From contig JANVYQ010000002.1 in NCBI GenBank assembly GCA_030059675.1, forward strand, positions 160,001 to 224,000: a stretch of DNA of 64,000 bases, read 5' to 3'. This DNA comes from Candidatus Pelearchaeum maunauluense (GTDB lineage: Archaea > Thermoproteota > Nitrososphaeria_A > Caldarchaeales > Caldarchaeaceae). Both the position numbers and the translations under genes were made by a program. Below are positions 49,866 to 60,186 of the stretch, piece by piece (the stretch's first letter is position 1; the number at the start of each line of letters is the position of its first letter). The notes under the pieces are model-generated. The model saw nothing but the letters and a program-made list of their open reading frames with translations, was not told the DNA's origin and made no database searches.

Positions 49866-50357
49866 TTACGTGCCATCTCGCCGTCTCCTCGCAACTTTCA
49901 CTTTAGGCGTCTTAAGAAGCCTATCTGCCAGCATATAGCCATGCTCTATCTCCTCCACCACAACACCATCCTCCGCGTCTTCACGCTCCTCAAAGGCCAC
50001 GGCCTCGTGCATGAAGGGGTCAAAAGGCTTACCCACAACCTCCATACGCTTAATCCCCTCAGACTCTAGTAGAGATTCTGCCTGTCTAAGGATTAGACGC
50101 AGCCCATCCGCTAATACAAATGGATTATCAGTGTTGGGAAGGCTCTCAACGGCTCGTCGTAAATCTTCATAGATAGCTATGAACTTGCGCATTACCCTCT
50201 CTATCGCGCCAAGCCTCGCCCGCTCCATCTCGCGTTCCATTAGCTTCCTCATGTTTTCGATTTCCGCTTGCAAGTAGAGGAGACGCTCACGTAACTCGCT
50301 GTTCTCCTCCTCCAACTTTTTTATTCTCTCCTCAGTAGGCTGTTCTTCAGACGACAA
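49866..50357 (-). CDS. grpE: Nucleotide exchange factor GrpE
   Basis: AEIEN.RK, FDPFMHEA and GY...RLL; precedes dnaK. Confidence 0.92.
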   Translation of the reverse strand: MSSEEQPTEERIKKLEEENSELRERLLYLQAEIENMRKLMEREMERARLGAIERVMRKFIAIYEDLRRAVESLPNTDNPFVLADGLRLILRQAESLLESEGIKRMEVVGKPFDPFMHEAVAFEEREDAEDGVVVEEIEHGYMLADRLLKTPKVKVARRRRDGT

Positions 50358-50421
50358 AGCCGGCGCTAATAGAGGCGCTGCGTAGGCTTTATTAAAGTAT
50401 TAACCACCATAATACCTAGCT

Positions 50422-51309
50422 TTGAAATTCAGCGTCGCGTTTGAGGCGGAAGAGCCGCATCTATATTTTGAGCCAATACGATTGGCGCGGCTAGGCGGTT
50501 TATGGTCTGTTCAAATCTATGAACACCTGCCATACAGCCCAGCATGGCCTATGGTTTTTCATATAGCGTCAACATGCGACGCCATAAGACTAGGACCAGT
50601 GACTGTTCCAGTCTTCCTCTACAGTCCAGAGCAGCTATCCCGCTATGTGCGTTTGTTGCTTAAGATAGCTACGCGAGGTGTGGTCTTAGGAATATCAAGG
50701 GGCGCGTTCGCAGAAACGTTGGGATATAAGGTTGATAGAAGCCGAGAACGTGTAGTTTTGTTTATCAGAAGGCTGGGAGAACTTCTTAAAGATATACTTG
50801 CTGAAAATAGGCTGGTAATATATGTGGGGACATCAGGTCCTAAGCTGGCTTACGAGGCTGCCTCCATACCCTATGTGAATGGAATCGTGGTGGATAGTCT
50901 ATGGAACGAGAAATACGCCGAGAAGATGCGTAAGATAATTGATGAATCATGCATCGAGGCTGGCAGAGACCCTCGTGAGGTTGAGTTGGTTGCTCGGCCA
51001 TATATGGTTATTGATAACGATATAGCTTTGGCAGGTGAGATTTCCAAGCATATTCTAAAGATAGTGGGCAAGTCCAAATTATTGGAGGAAGCGGGGATTG
51101 CTGATAAAAAGCCAGGCGAATTTAGCAGTATGGAGCAATTTAAGCGGGTTTATGGGAAACTAATAGCGTGTGGGGATAGGGGGACTCTATTGGAAGGGTC
51201 TAAAGCCTTAGGAAGGGCTGGCGTGAATCATATAGTCTTTGGGATACCTCGGATGAGGATGGCATCAAGATACGTGACTGAAGTAGTCTCGTTAGCCGCT
51301 TCGTGGTAA
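50422..51309 (+). CDS. LLM-class (Mer-like) flavin/F420-dependent oxidoreductase
   Basis: YEH, IRLGP, LGISRG and YVGTSGPK. Confidence 0.7.
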   Translation: MKFSVAFEAEEPHLYFEPIRLARLGGLWSVQIYEHLPYSPAWPMVFHIASTCDAIRLGPVTVPVFLYSPEQLSRYVRLLLKIATRGVVLGISRGAFAETLGYKVDRSRERVVLFIRRLGELLKDILAENRLVIYVGTSGPKLAYEAASIPYVNGIVVDSLWNEKYAEKMRKIIDESCIEAGRDPREVELVARPYMVIDNDIALAGEISKHILKIVGKSKLLEEAGIADKKPGEFSSMEQFKRVYGKLIACGDRGTLLEGSKALGRAGVNHIVFGIPRMRMASRYVTEVVSLAASW

Positions 51310-51405
51310 TCTAAAAATACCATTGTAGTATTCTAGAAAGACGAATCCCCCTAGCCTGAGATAACAATATATCAATCTAATAGAGGGTTTTAATTAGCGG
51401 AGAGA

Positions 51406-52599
51406 ATGCCAGCAACCCCTACCGACGGTGCAGACAGGATTCTTATCCTAGTCGTTGACCGAGACGACGACCTAGGGGTTAAGGCACATGTTAAGAGCCC
51501 AGTAATAGGCCGTGAGGCTAACCTTGAAGCTGCTATGAAGCTGGCCCTAGCAGACCCAGAAGATTCCGACGCCAACACAATCTTCTCTGCTGTGAAGCTG
51601 TATGATGAGATGAAGAATACTCATAAGTCAGGTGTAATAGAGATAGCCACGGTAACAGGGGACCCGCGTGAAGGTGTGGAGGCGGACTTAAAAATCTCCA
51701 ACGAGCTGAGAGAGATTCTTCAAAGATTTCCAGCAAATAAATGTGTATTCGTGAGTGATGGCGCCACAGACGCGCTTGTCACACCTATTGTAGGCTCTCA
51801 AGTGAGCATAGTATCTGTTAAGCGTGTTATCGTGAGGCAGAGTCAGAGCATTGAGCAGGCTTGGCTGCTGCTGAGTCGTTATCTAAGACTCGCTACGACA
51901 GACCCGCGTTATACCAAGATTTTCTTGGGAGTACCTGGGATTTTTATCGCAGCAATAGGGCTTCTATACGCTCTTGGTCTTGCCAACCTCCCTGCCATAC
52001 TCCTTACAGTGGGCATAATTCTAATCTCGAGGGGCTTTGGATTAGACCAGGTTATACTGCGTTCTGTAAAAAACTTCAGCAAGCTCTCTCAGATGGCTTC
52101 CATAGCGCAGATGAGGCTTTATGCATCGCTTGCGGCTTTGGCGGTTTTCTTGATAGCTATTTATACAGGTACGGCAGCAGCTTTGGAGCGGCTTCAGGCG
52201 CTTAATCCAACAGAAGCGCAACTTAGGGATGCGGCTTACATACTCTCAGTTTTTCCAAAACTTCTCGGTGCTTTCATAGTAGTTAGCATAGACTTCATAA
52301 CGGTCAGCGTGTTGCTAGTAGTAATCTCAAACCTACTTTACTACCTATTCATAAGACACCCAAGATTTTGGAGAACCATACAGGCTGGAGTCGCCTCAAT
52401 ATGGCTATGGGCTCTGCTTAAACGAGCTGGAATACTTCTGGAGATGGAGACTATACCATCACCAACAGACCCGGTTGTTATACTCTTCTTACTCACTGGA
52501 GTATTTGGGGTTTTCACACTAGCTATAACCTTCGCGCTTACGCGGACATTGCAGCGAATATATTCAAAGCAGTTTAGACGTCCTAGGCTGGTGAAGTGA
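51406..52599 (+). CDS. DUF373 family membrane protein
   Basis: VDRDDDLG, DPEDSDAN, SDG.D and VRQS; upstream of uppS. Confidence 0.88.
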   Translation: MPATPTDGADRILILVVDRDDDLGVKAHVKSPVIGREANLEAAMKLALADPEDSDANTIFSAVKLYDEMKNTHKSGVIEIATVTGDPREGVEADLKISNELREILQRFPANKCVFVSDGATDALVTPIVGSQVSIVSVKRVIVRQSQSIEQAWLLLSRYLRLATTDPRYTKIFLGVPGIFIAAIGLLYALGLANLPAILLTVGIILISRGFGLDQVILRSVKNFSKLSQMASIAQMRLYASLAALAVFLIAIYTGTAAALERLQALNPTEAQLRDAAYILSVFPKLLGAFIVVSIDFITVSVLLVVISNLLYYLFIRHPRFWRTIQAGVASIWLWALLKRAGILLEMETIPSPTDPVVILFLLTGVFGVFTLAITFALTRTLQRIYSKQFRRPRLVK

Positions 52600-53384
52600 G
52601 TATGCTCCGCACTCTTCTCCGCGCTCTTGGTAATTATTGGCTTTATGAGAAGTGGCTATACGCGCAGGTTAGGAAAAAACCTTTGCCAAGGCATGTGGCT
52701 CTGATATTGGATGGAAACAGGCGTTGGGCGCGGAAACGCGGCTGGCCTCCCTGGGTTGGGCATAGAGTGGGCGCAGACAAAGTTGAGGAGGTGCTAAACT
52801 ATATCTACGAACTGGGCATAGAGACAGTAACATTATACGTACTCTCAACCGAGAACCTTAAGCGGCAATCGGAGGAGGTTAGAGAGCTTCTAAACCTAAT
52901 AAAAGAACGCGCAGACGAACTCAGGAGAAATCCGCGCATACATCGCAATCAGGTTAGGGTGCGTGTAATAGGCAGAATTCATCTCCTACCCAGCGACGTG
53001 AGACGCTCCCTCAGGATGCTTGAGGAAGCAACAGCAAACTACTCAAAGCATTTTCTCAATATAGCGGTAGCGTATGGTGGGAGAGCCGAGATAGTGGATG
53101 CGGTAAGGATGATAGCGGAGAAGGCTAAACAGGGACTTCTAAACGTTCAATCCATAGATGAAAAGACCATAGAACAACATCTATACACCTATGGCCTGCC
53201 ACAGCCAAACCCCGAGCTAATCATAAGAACTTCGGGAGAAGAGCGTATAAGTAACTTCTTCCTCTGGCAGTCGGCGTATAGCGAGTTTGTCTTCCAAGAT
53301 GTTTATTGGCCTGATTTTAGAAAGATAGACCTGCTTAGAGCTATTAGGACGTTCCAGCAGAGGGAGAGGCGTATGGGGATTTAG
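52596..53384 (+). CDS. uppS: cis-prenyltransferase (polyprenyl diphosphate synthase)
   Basis: HVALILDGNRRW, STEN, YGGR and RTSGEERISNF. Confidence 0.93.
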   Translation: MSMLRTLLRALGNYWLYEKWLYAQVRKKPLPRHVALILDGNRRWARKRGWPPWVGHRVGADKVEEVLNYIYELGIETVTLYVLSTENLKRQSEEVRELLNLIKERADELRRNPRIHRNQVRVRVIGRIHLLPSDVRRSLRMLEEATANYSKHFLNIAVAYGGRAEIVDAVRMIAEKAKQGLLNVQSIDEKTIEQHLYTYGLPQPNPELIIRTSGEERISNFFLWQSAYSEFVFQDVYWPDFRKIDLLRAIRTFQQRERRMGI

Positions 53385-54466
53385 GACGTTATCGCATCGC
53401 TTAACTCTACTATTGGCTTAAGCCCTTCACGCCTAACCATGTACATATCCTCAACCTTCACGCCAAACCTTCCAGGGAGATATACTGCTGGCTCTAGTGT
53501 TATGACCGCGCCCTCAGGTATCAAGTCGCGGCTGTAGGGGGATATTAGCGGCGGTTCGTGATGCTCAAGCCCTATACCGTGGCCTTGAACGTTGCTGGAG
53601 CTATCTTCAAACCCAGCCTCGCGGAGGACTGAGCGCATGTTTTCATCTACGGCGAGGCTTGAAGTCCACGAAGTAGCCGACTCCACGCCACGTTGCCTGG
53701 CTTTTAACACCGCCTCATATACACGCTGCACATCGCTGGGAGGCCTTCCACCCACGTAGAATGTTCGGCAGAGGTCAGAGAGATAACCACCAACGGCTAC
53801 ACCCAAATCCACGACTACCAGCTCACCCTCGCGTACAGTCTCGTCTATAGCTGTATTATCTGGAAGAGCTGTTCTACTTCCATTCTTTATGATTGGGCCG
53901 AAGGCTAGGCTATCCGCACCCTGCCTAAACGCCTCCTCCGCTATGGCAGCCTTAATCTCGCGCGTCGTAGTTCCTACAGTGAGAAATTCTCTCACGAACT
54001 CTAGAGTTACTGCGGCTATCTCGCAAGCTTTCCTGAGTAGTTCCATCTCCTCCTCGCCCTTTATCTGACGTAAACGCCAAATCAGCTCGCTTGCGGATGT
54101 TAGTAATAGGTTGGGAGATTTGGAGACTATGTCGCGGTAGCCTTCCGCCGAGAGGAAGTCATACCCAACAGCGGCTCTCCTGCCCCCCAGAGCCTCAAAA
54201 ACCTCCTGCATAGGGTCTCGTTTAGGTGAGGTAACCACAACCTGCACACTGCTGGAGGCTTCATTCTCGGCCCTCTCCCTATAGACTGGGTGAACTCGCA
54301 GCTCGGCGCTGCCATCAGAAGAGACTAGCAGCGCTCCCCCGCCTCCGAATCCAGTGAAGTAAAGTATGTTGGATGGCTTGAGGAGGAGTAGAATATCTAT
54401 AGAATTCTCTATCAGAAGCTCAGACAAGCGCGAAATTCTCTCATCATAGTTGAAACGTCCAACCAT
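53381..54466 (-). CDS. Xaa-Pro peptidase (M24) family
   Basis: DLG...SD..RT, HGIGL..HE, LEP and VED; start trimmed to ATG 54466. Confidence 0.85.
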   Translation of the reverse strand: MVGRFNYDERISRLSELLIENSIDILLLLKPSNILYFTGFGGGGALLVSSDGSAELRVHPVYRERAENEASSSVQVVVTSPKRDPMQEVFEALGGRRAAVGYDFLSAEGYRDIVSKSPNLLLTSASELIWRLRQIKGEEEMELLRKACEIAAVTLEFVREFLTVGTTTREIKAAIAEEAFRQGADSLAFGPIIKNGSRTALPDNTAIDETVREGELVVVDLGVAVGGYLSDLCRTFYVGGRPPSDVQRVYEAVLKARQRGVESATSWTSSLAVDENMRSVLREAGFEDSSSNVQGHGIGLEHHEPPLISPYSRDLIPEGAVITLEPAVYLPGRFGVKVEDMYMVRREGLKPIVELSDAITS

Positions 54467-54608
54467 GAGTAGCTTCCAGAAAGAATAAGGGATGATAGCG
54501 TAAGATATATGATTGTTGCTCATCACAGTATAACGGATGGACTTTTCGAATATCACGAGCTGGGGCAAGGATAAATATGGCTTGACAACATCTTCCTAGT
54601 CCGTAATC

Positions 54609-57600
54609 ATGGTTTACATCACTCGGATAACGGTGCAGGGGTTTAAGTCATTTGGGTCTAGGAAGACCGTTATCCGCTTAGGTCCAGGGCTCACCGTCAT
54701 CACAGGCCCTAATGGAGGGGGGAAATCCAGCGTTATAGATGCTATAAAGTTCGCTCTAGGCGAGCTGAGCGCTCATAATCTTAGGGTCGGCCGCTTCTCG
54801 GAGCTTCTCCACGATTCGCCAGCCGAGGGGAAGCTTCAATCCGCGCGTGTCACGCTCACGCTGGACAATAGGGATAGAGTGCTCCCTGTTGATGCTGATG
54901 AGGTAACCCTTACGCGGCGTCTTGTCGCATCTGGGGAGAGCGAGTACCTACTGAACGGCAGACAGGTCTCACGCTCCGAGATACTCGCAATACTTTCCGC
55001 GGCCAACATCAGGCCTGACGGGCTGAACATAGTTACACAGGGCTCTGTCGTGGGTCTTGCCGAGATGAACAGCAACGAGTTGCGGCAGGTCGTGGAGGAT
55101 GTGGCGGGGATAGCAGAGTATAAGCGGAAGCGGGAAGATGCTAATGAGCAGCTTGAGATAGCTGAGAAGAACCTAGCTATAGCCAAGGCAAGCACAGGTG
55201 AGGTTAGGAATAGGGTTAAGCAGCTTGAGCGCGAGAGAAATCAACTACTCAGACGTCTCCTGTGTGAGAGGGAAGCGAACAAGCTAAGGTCGGCTGAACT
55301 CAGGCGCGAGCATCATAGATTGGCAGAGTCTCTCAAGAATGTGGATGAGGAAGTCTCTAAGATTGTTGAGGAGCTAGACTCAGTGCGGAGTCTTCGTGAG
55401 TCCCTGTTTTCAAGACGGAGCGAGATAGAGTCAGCTATAGCAGCCCTTGAGGAGGAGCTTAGGAGACGGAAAGGAGAGATGAGTGATGTTGAGGAGAGGA
55501 TACAGGAGCTTAGGAACATATCAACAAGACTGGGCGCTCAGCTTTCCAGCTTAGAAGGTGCTCTCACGCAGCTAAACGCCATGGAAGGCTCAATCCATGG
55601 GAGGGATGAGCAGCTTAAGCAGGCAATACACGAGCAAGAGGCTGAGAAAGCGAGACTGGAAGAGCTAATCCCAGCTATCAGGGAAGAACTCACAGAACAT
55701 AATATACGCATAGAAGCCTTAGCCTCAACGCTTACTGAGAAGAGGAAAGAATTAACAGAGAAAGAGAAACATCTGGCCGAGCTTATGCAAGAGCTACGCC
55801 GCTTTAACGTACGCGAAGACGGGAGGCTCTTGCTATTGGAAGATTTGGAGAGACGGCTTAGCGAGGTAGGTGAAGAGAAAAAGCGCGTTGAACAGGCTTT
55901 AGAGGAGGCAGAGCGGAAACTGAAAGAATTTGAGGTTAAGGTTAATGAGCTAAAGGAACAGGAGAAGACGTTATCTCTCAGTCTTGAAGGGCGTGAGAAA
56001 AACCATGAACAAATACTCTCGCGTTTAGCTAAGTTGGCTGAACGTTATGAAACATTAAATCAGCTCCGTGCCGAGCTTAATGCACTTATCTCAGCCATAA
56101 ACTCATTTTACGAATCATCAAAACACGAGAATGGTAGCAGCAGGCTTAAGACACTACGCCAGATTCTAGATATTCCAGAGGAGGATACGGCTCTAGTCTC
56201 TGCAATACTTGATGGGTGGATGTATTCTGTGGTCTGTAGGACTGTTGAGGAGGCGGTCAGCCTAGCTAAGCTCGCGGCTAAGGAGGGGCTGCCCCTTAAA
56301 GCCATACCGCTAAACGATAAGCAAGACGCGCATGAGGTCGCTAAACGGGTATTCGGGGACTTTGAAGTTGTGGATACTGTTGATGAGCTGTTGAGGAGAC
56401 GCGGCTCTAGGGTTGTCTCCCGTGATGGTGTTGTAATGTTTGAGGATGGGCGTGTGAGTGTGGCTGGGTTGGAAGACGTTGCTGAAGCTTACCGCCGCGA
56501 AACTGGAAGGCTCAAGCAACTATTGGACGAGGTAGAGAAAGCACTCTCAAGAATTGCTGAGAAGCGAGGCACCTTACAGCAGGCCGCCGCCGATAATGAG
56601 CAACTAATCGAAGAATACAGGAGAAAGCTAAACGAAGTACGTGCTACTATACCCGCGCTTGAGGAACGTATCTCAACCACTAAGGCTCGTATAAACGAGT
56701 ATGGGGAGCGTCTAAAGACGCTTAACGGGATGGAGCAGGATATACGCGGGCGTATAGCTGAGATAAACGAGTCGCGGCCTGTTATAGATGAGCGGCTGGC
56801 CGAGTTTAACACGCTGAACAGTGAGGTGCGGGAGCTTAGGTCGCTAGTGGAGAGGATGGAGAGGGAAGTGGAGGCTGCGCGTAATGAAGCTGACAAGGCC
56901 CAGAATAAGCTGCGCGAGCTGGAGCGTAGGATAGACAGGCTCGAAACAGGCATAGCCGCAAAGAGAGAGCAGCTCGAATCCATATCGCTGGAGCTGGAGC
57001 GTATAGAGTCGCAGAGGTCTGAGATACGTTCTAAGATTGAAGAGCTCAGGAGACAGATTACGGATAATGAGGAGGAGCTTAGTAGGGTGCTGGAAGAGCT
57101 GAAAGAGAAGAGAAACGCGGTAGTTGAATTGGAAGAGAGAATAGCAGAACATAGAGAACAGCTCAAGAATGTGAATGGAGAGCTTGAAAGAGTAGCATCT
57201 GAGGCAGAGGCACTTGATAAGCGTCTCAATATGCTTCAGATGGAGCGCGTTAGGTTGGAGACTCAGCTTAATGTTGTGCGGGAGAAGCTGGACAGTATGG
57301 GGGTATCGCCTGATGAGCCTCTAGAATATCCGTTGCAACAGGTGGCTGGAGATATTCTCCCAGCTTTAGAGCGCGAGCTGGAGGAGCTCTCAGCGATAAA
57401 CCAGCTTGCCGCTACCCAGTATGAGGCGATAATCCCCAACTACAAGGTCAGGTCGGCTAGGATAAACGAACTGGAGCTGGAGCGGCAGCAAATAATAGAA
57501 TTCATACGCTCCATAGACGCTGAGGAGACGGCAGCCTTCATGAGAACATTTGATAAGGTATCAGAGGCTTTTGGCTTCTTCTTCCACCAGATAACGGGCG

Positions 57601-57992
57601 GAGAAGCCTGGCTTAGGCTTGAAGACCCTGAAAACCCGCTCAAATCGGGCGTGGAGATGGTCGTGAAGTTCGTCGGCAAGCAGGCCAGGTCTTCCGCAGC
57701 AGTGAGCGGAGGCGAGAAATCAGTAGCGGCCACATCGCTCATACTAGCCCTCCAGGGAATGACCCCAGCAGAATTCTACATATTTGACGAGATAGACGCC
57801 CACCTAGACATAAACTACACAACACGCCTCGCGGCACTTCTCAAAGAGATGTCAAATAATAAACAGATAATCATAGTAACGTTGAAGGACGCTATAGCGG
57901 AGAAGGCTGACACGCTCTATGGCGTTTACATGAGAAACGGCGTTTCGTCTATAGTTAAGACAACGCTTGAGGAGGTCGTGGCTGTTGGCTAG
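54609..57992 (+). CDS. smc: Chromosome segregation protein SMC
   Basis: GFKSF, GPNGGGKS, QG, long coiled coils, SGGEKS and FDEIDAHLD. Confidence 0.93.
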   Translation: MVYITRITVQGFKSFGSRKTVIRLGPGLTVITGPNGGGKSSVIDAIKFALGELSAHNLRVGRFSELLHDSPAEGKLQSARVTLTLDNRDRVLPVDADEVTLTRRLVASGESEYLLNGRQVSRSEILAILSAANIRPDGLNIVTQGSVVGLAEMNSNELRQVVEDVAGIAEYKRKREDANEQLEIAEKNLAIAKASTGEVRNRVKQLERERNQLLRRLLCEREANKLRSAELRREHHRLAESLKNVDEEVSKIVEELDSVRSLRESLFSRRSEIESAIAALEEELRRRKGEMSDVEERIQELRNISTRLGAQLSSLEGALTQLNAMEGSIHGRDEQLKQAIHEQEAEKARLEELIPAIREELTEHNIRIEALASTLTEKRKELTEKEKHLAELMQELRRFNVREDGRLLLLEDLERRLSEVGEEKKRVEQALEEAERKLKEFEVKVNELKEQEKTLSLSLEGREKNHEQILSRLAKLAERYETLNQLRAELNALISAINSFYESSKHENGSSRLKTLRQILDIPEEDTALVSAILDGWMYSVVCRTVEEAVSLAKLAAKEGLPLKAIPLNDKQDAHEVAKRVFGDFEVVDTVDELLRRRGSRVVSRDGVVMFEDGRVSVAGLEDVAEAYRRETGRLKQLLDEVEKALSRIAEKRGTLQQAAADNEQLIEEYRRKLNEVRATIPALEERISTTKARINEYGERLKTLNGMEQDIRGRIAEINESRPVIDERLAEFNTLNSEVRELRSLVERMEREVEAARNEADKAQNKLRELERRIDRLETGIAAKREQLESISLELERIESQRSEIRSKIEELRRQITDNEEELSRVLEELKEKRNAVVELEERIAEHREQLKNVNGELERVASEAEALDKRLNMLQMERVRLETQLNVVREKLDSMGVSPDEPLEYPLQQVAGDILPALERELEELSAINQLAATQYEAIIPNYKVRSARINELELERQQIIEFIRSIDAEETAAFMRTFDKVSEAFGFFFHQITGGEAWLRLEDPENPLKSGVEMVVKFVGKQARSSAAVSGGEKSVAATSLILALQGMTPAEFYIFDEIDAHLDINYTTRLAALLKEMSNNKQIIIVTLKDAIAEKADTLYGVYMRNGVSSIVKTTLEEVVAVG

Positions 57993-58607
57993 TGAGGGAA
58001 GACTATCCTGGGTTGAGTCTCCATGGAAAATTCTTCTTGATGTAACTAGGCTTGATAAGATTAAGGTCTGGGAGGTTAAGCTGGCCCAGATTCTCCGCGA
58101 ATTCTCCATGGCGCTTAAGAAGCAGGGATAGCCATACTCTCGGCGGCGACCATACATAGAATTAAGACGCAAAGGTTGTTGCAGCAGGATGAGCCGCCCA
58201 CACCCAAGCCGAAGCCGGAGATGCTCATCCCTCCACCTATCCAGCTCCCCTTCAAACCAGAAGTAGTTACTACAACGCTTCAGGAGCTTGTTGAAGCATT
58301 GCAGGAAGCCCTCATACAGGCCGCCCAGGAGAAGGCCAAGACAACGCCTCCAGCGGTTCAGAAGAATAGAATAGCTTTAGCAGACTTCATAGTTAAGATA
58401 GAGAAAGAGCTGGGAGAGTTTATAGAGCATCTTATGCGTCTGCTGGAGGAGCGGGGCTCTATCTTGTTCAGCGAGTTGGTGCGGGGCAAGCCTAAGCTGG
58501 AGGCGGCCAAAATATTCATACTCCTACTCTTCGCAGCCGCGCGTGGGTATGTTCTGCTCTTGCAACAGGACGAGTCATCTCCAGACCTCTTGATAGCTAG
58601 GGGGTGA
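57985..58607 (+). pseudogene. scpA: Kleisin ScpA, frameshifted near 58122-58130
   Basis: PWKILL...VWEVKL..IL up to TAG 58129; -1 frame continues IAILSAATIHRIKT...FILLLF; lies between smc and scpB. Confidence 0.8.
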
Positions 58608-58616
58608 GAAGCTGGC

Positions 58617-59213
58617 ATGGCTGGTGGTGGGCTGGAGCCTAAGCTGATAGCCGAGGCAATACTATTCGCGGCTGATAGGCCTGTTGAGTTTAAGGTGTTG
58701 CAGAACGCTATGGGGATACGCTCACCCAGCAAAGCTAAAGCAATACTTGAGGAGCTTAAGGCTGAGTATGCTTCACAGCATAGAGCCATAGAAATAATAG
58801 AACTACGCGGTGGGCGCTTTTTCATGCGTCTCCGTCCAGACCTGCTAGAGCTGGCAAGACGCTACACAAGGAGGCAAGTCCTCACTTCGGGAGTGCTTAA
58901 AACCCTGGCTTTCGTAGCATATCACCAGCCCGTTCAACGCTCCACCGTAGTAGCTGTGCGGGGCAAAGACGCTTACAGGCAGCTCAAGATACTACTCGAC
59001 CGAGGTTTTATAGAGACAGAGAAGTCGGGAAGAACCCAGCTCCTCAGAACTACGCAACTATTCGCAGATCTTTTCGGCGTTGAAAACACGCCATCGGCGA
59101 TAAAAGGCGTAATCAGTAGGCTTCTTAAGGCAGAAGCCCAACAACCACCAACACGCGGCGAAAACATGGACGAAGCTCTAAAAGAGGGGCAGAAACAGGC
59201 TCCAGGCACGTAA
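58617..59213 (+). CDS. scpB: SMC-Scp complex subunit ScpB
   Basis: EAILFA, LKTLAFVAYHQPV and TT..F...FG. Confidence 0.92.
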   Translation: MAGGGLEPKLIAEAILFAADRPVEFKVLQNAMGIRSPSKAKAILEELKAEYASQHRAIEIIELRGGRFFMRLRPDLLELARRYTRRQVLTSGVLKTLAFVAYHQPVQRSTVVAVRGKDAYRQLKILLDRGFIETEKSGRTQLLRTTQLFADLFGVENTPSAIKGVISRLLKAEAQQPPTRGENMDEALKEGQKQAPGT

Positions 59214-59250
59214 GCTATAAAGCGTCGAAACACACCATACAGCGCTGGGC

Positions 59251-59634
59251 ATGGTCCAGTGGCATGGTGATCTTCACAAGAGGAAGAGGACTGGTGGAAT
59301 AAGGGTACCTCCGCGGAAAAAGAGGAGGTATGAGCGCGGAGGGGGGATTAACGTCGTATATCTCGGAGACCCTGATATAAGAGCGCGGAGAGCACGTGGA
59401 GGAAATATAAAGATAGCTGTAAGAGCCACAAAATACGCCAACGTAGCTGATGGAAGCGGCCGCGTTCAGAAGATGGAGATTATAAGGGTTGTCAAGAATC
59501 CTAGCAACCGCGACTACGATAGAAGAAAAGTCATTACACGCGGGACGATAATAGAGACACCCGCGGGCCAGGCTGTGGTAACCTCCAGGCCTGGGCAGGA
59601 TGGTGTTGTCAACGCGGTGCTCATAGCCAAGTAG
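59251..59634 (+). CDS. rps8e: 30S ribosomal protein eS8
   Basis: KRTGG, RGGN and TSRPGQDGVVNA. Confidence 0.96.
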   Translation: MVQWHGDLHKRKRTGGIRVPPRKKRRYERGGGINVVYLGDPDIRARRARGGNIKIAVRATKYANVADGSGRVQKMEIIRVVKNPSNRDYDRRKVITRGTIIETPAGQAVVTSRPGQDGVVNAVLIAK

Positions 59635-59656
59635 AGCTGTTTGTGGTGAAGAAGAG

Positions 59657-59941
59657 CTGATAAGACGTGATGGGCTGACGCTGTGGCCTGCGTATTTTGA
59701 TAAGAGGCTACCGCGGGGTAGGGGCAGGCGGGTTCCAACAAAGCTGGCCATAGACAGCCCATCGACAACCACCATAGCAGAGGCGTGTAAGAAGCTAGGG
59801 CTTGAATACGAGATTAATGAAGGGGCGTATCCGAAGGCTTGGTGGAGAAAAACAGGATACATAGTTGTGAAGGTGCCTGAAGGTATGAGCAAAACCCAGC
59901 TAATCAGGCGTATTGCCGAGACTATGAGGAGGCAGAAATAA
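59657..59941 (+). CDS. srp19: Signal recognition particle protein SRP19; probable CTG start; missed by the ORF track
   Basis: LWPAYFD...GRRVP..LA..P...AYP..WW..G...K..LI..IA; canonical rps8e-srp19-gar1-tfb order. Confidence 0.88.
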   Translation: MIRRDGLTLWPAYFDKRLPRGRGRRVPTKLAIDSPSTTTIAEACKKLGLEYEINEGAYPKAWWRKTGYIVVKVPEGMSKTQLIRRIAETMRRQK

Positions 59942-59942
59942 C

Positions 59943-60182
59943 ATGCCTAGAGTAAGTAGAAGGCTCTACTTGTTAGGAACCCTTATGCGAGTAAACGGGG
60001 ATAAAGCTCTGGTAGCCGCGAAGAATATCCCGCGTCTTTCTGATAAGGTGGTTGATGCTAAAGCGCGGGAAATAGGCTACGTCTCTAATGTCTTCGGCCC
60101 CGTAAAGTCTCCCTTCGTGATAGTTAGACTGACGCGAAGCGTCTCCCTACGCGAAGGGGTAGAGGTTTATGGTATGAGGTGA
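59943..60182 (+). CDS. gar1: H/ACA RNP subunit Gar1
   Basis: V.D....IG.V..VFGPV..P. Confidence 0.85.
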   Translation: MPRVSRRLYLLGTLMRVNGDKALVAAKNIPRLSDKVVDAKAREIGYVSNVFGPVKSPFVIVRLTRSVSLREGVEVYGMR

Positions 60183-60186
60183 GGAT

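Noticed and set aside
56489-59892. Long antisense ORFs such as 56489..57229 and 59215..59892
   Set aside because: Shadows of smc, rps8e and srp19 on the opposite strand; many similar shadows occur across the window.
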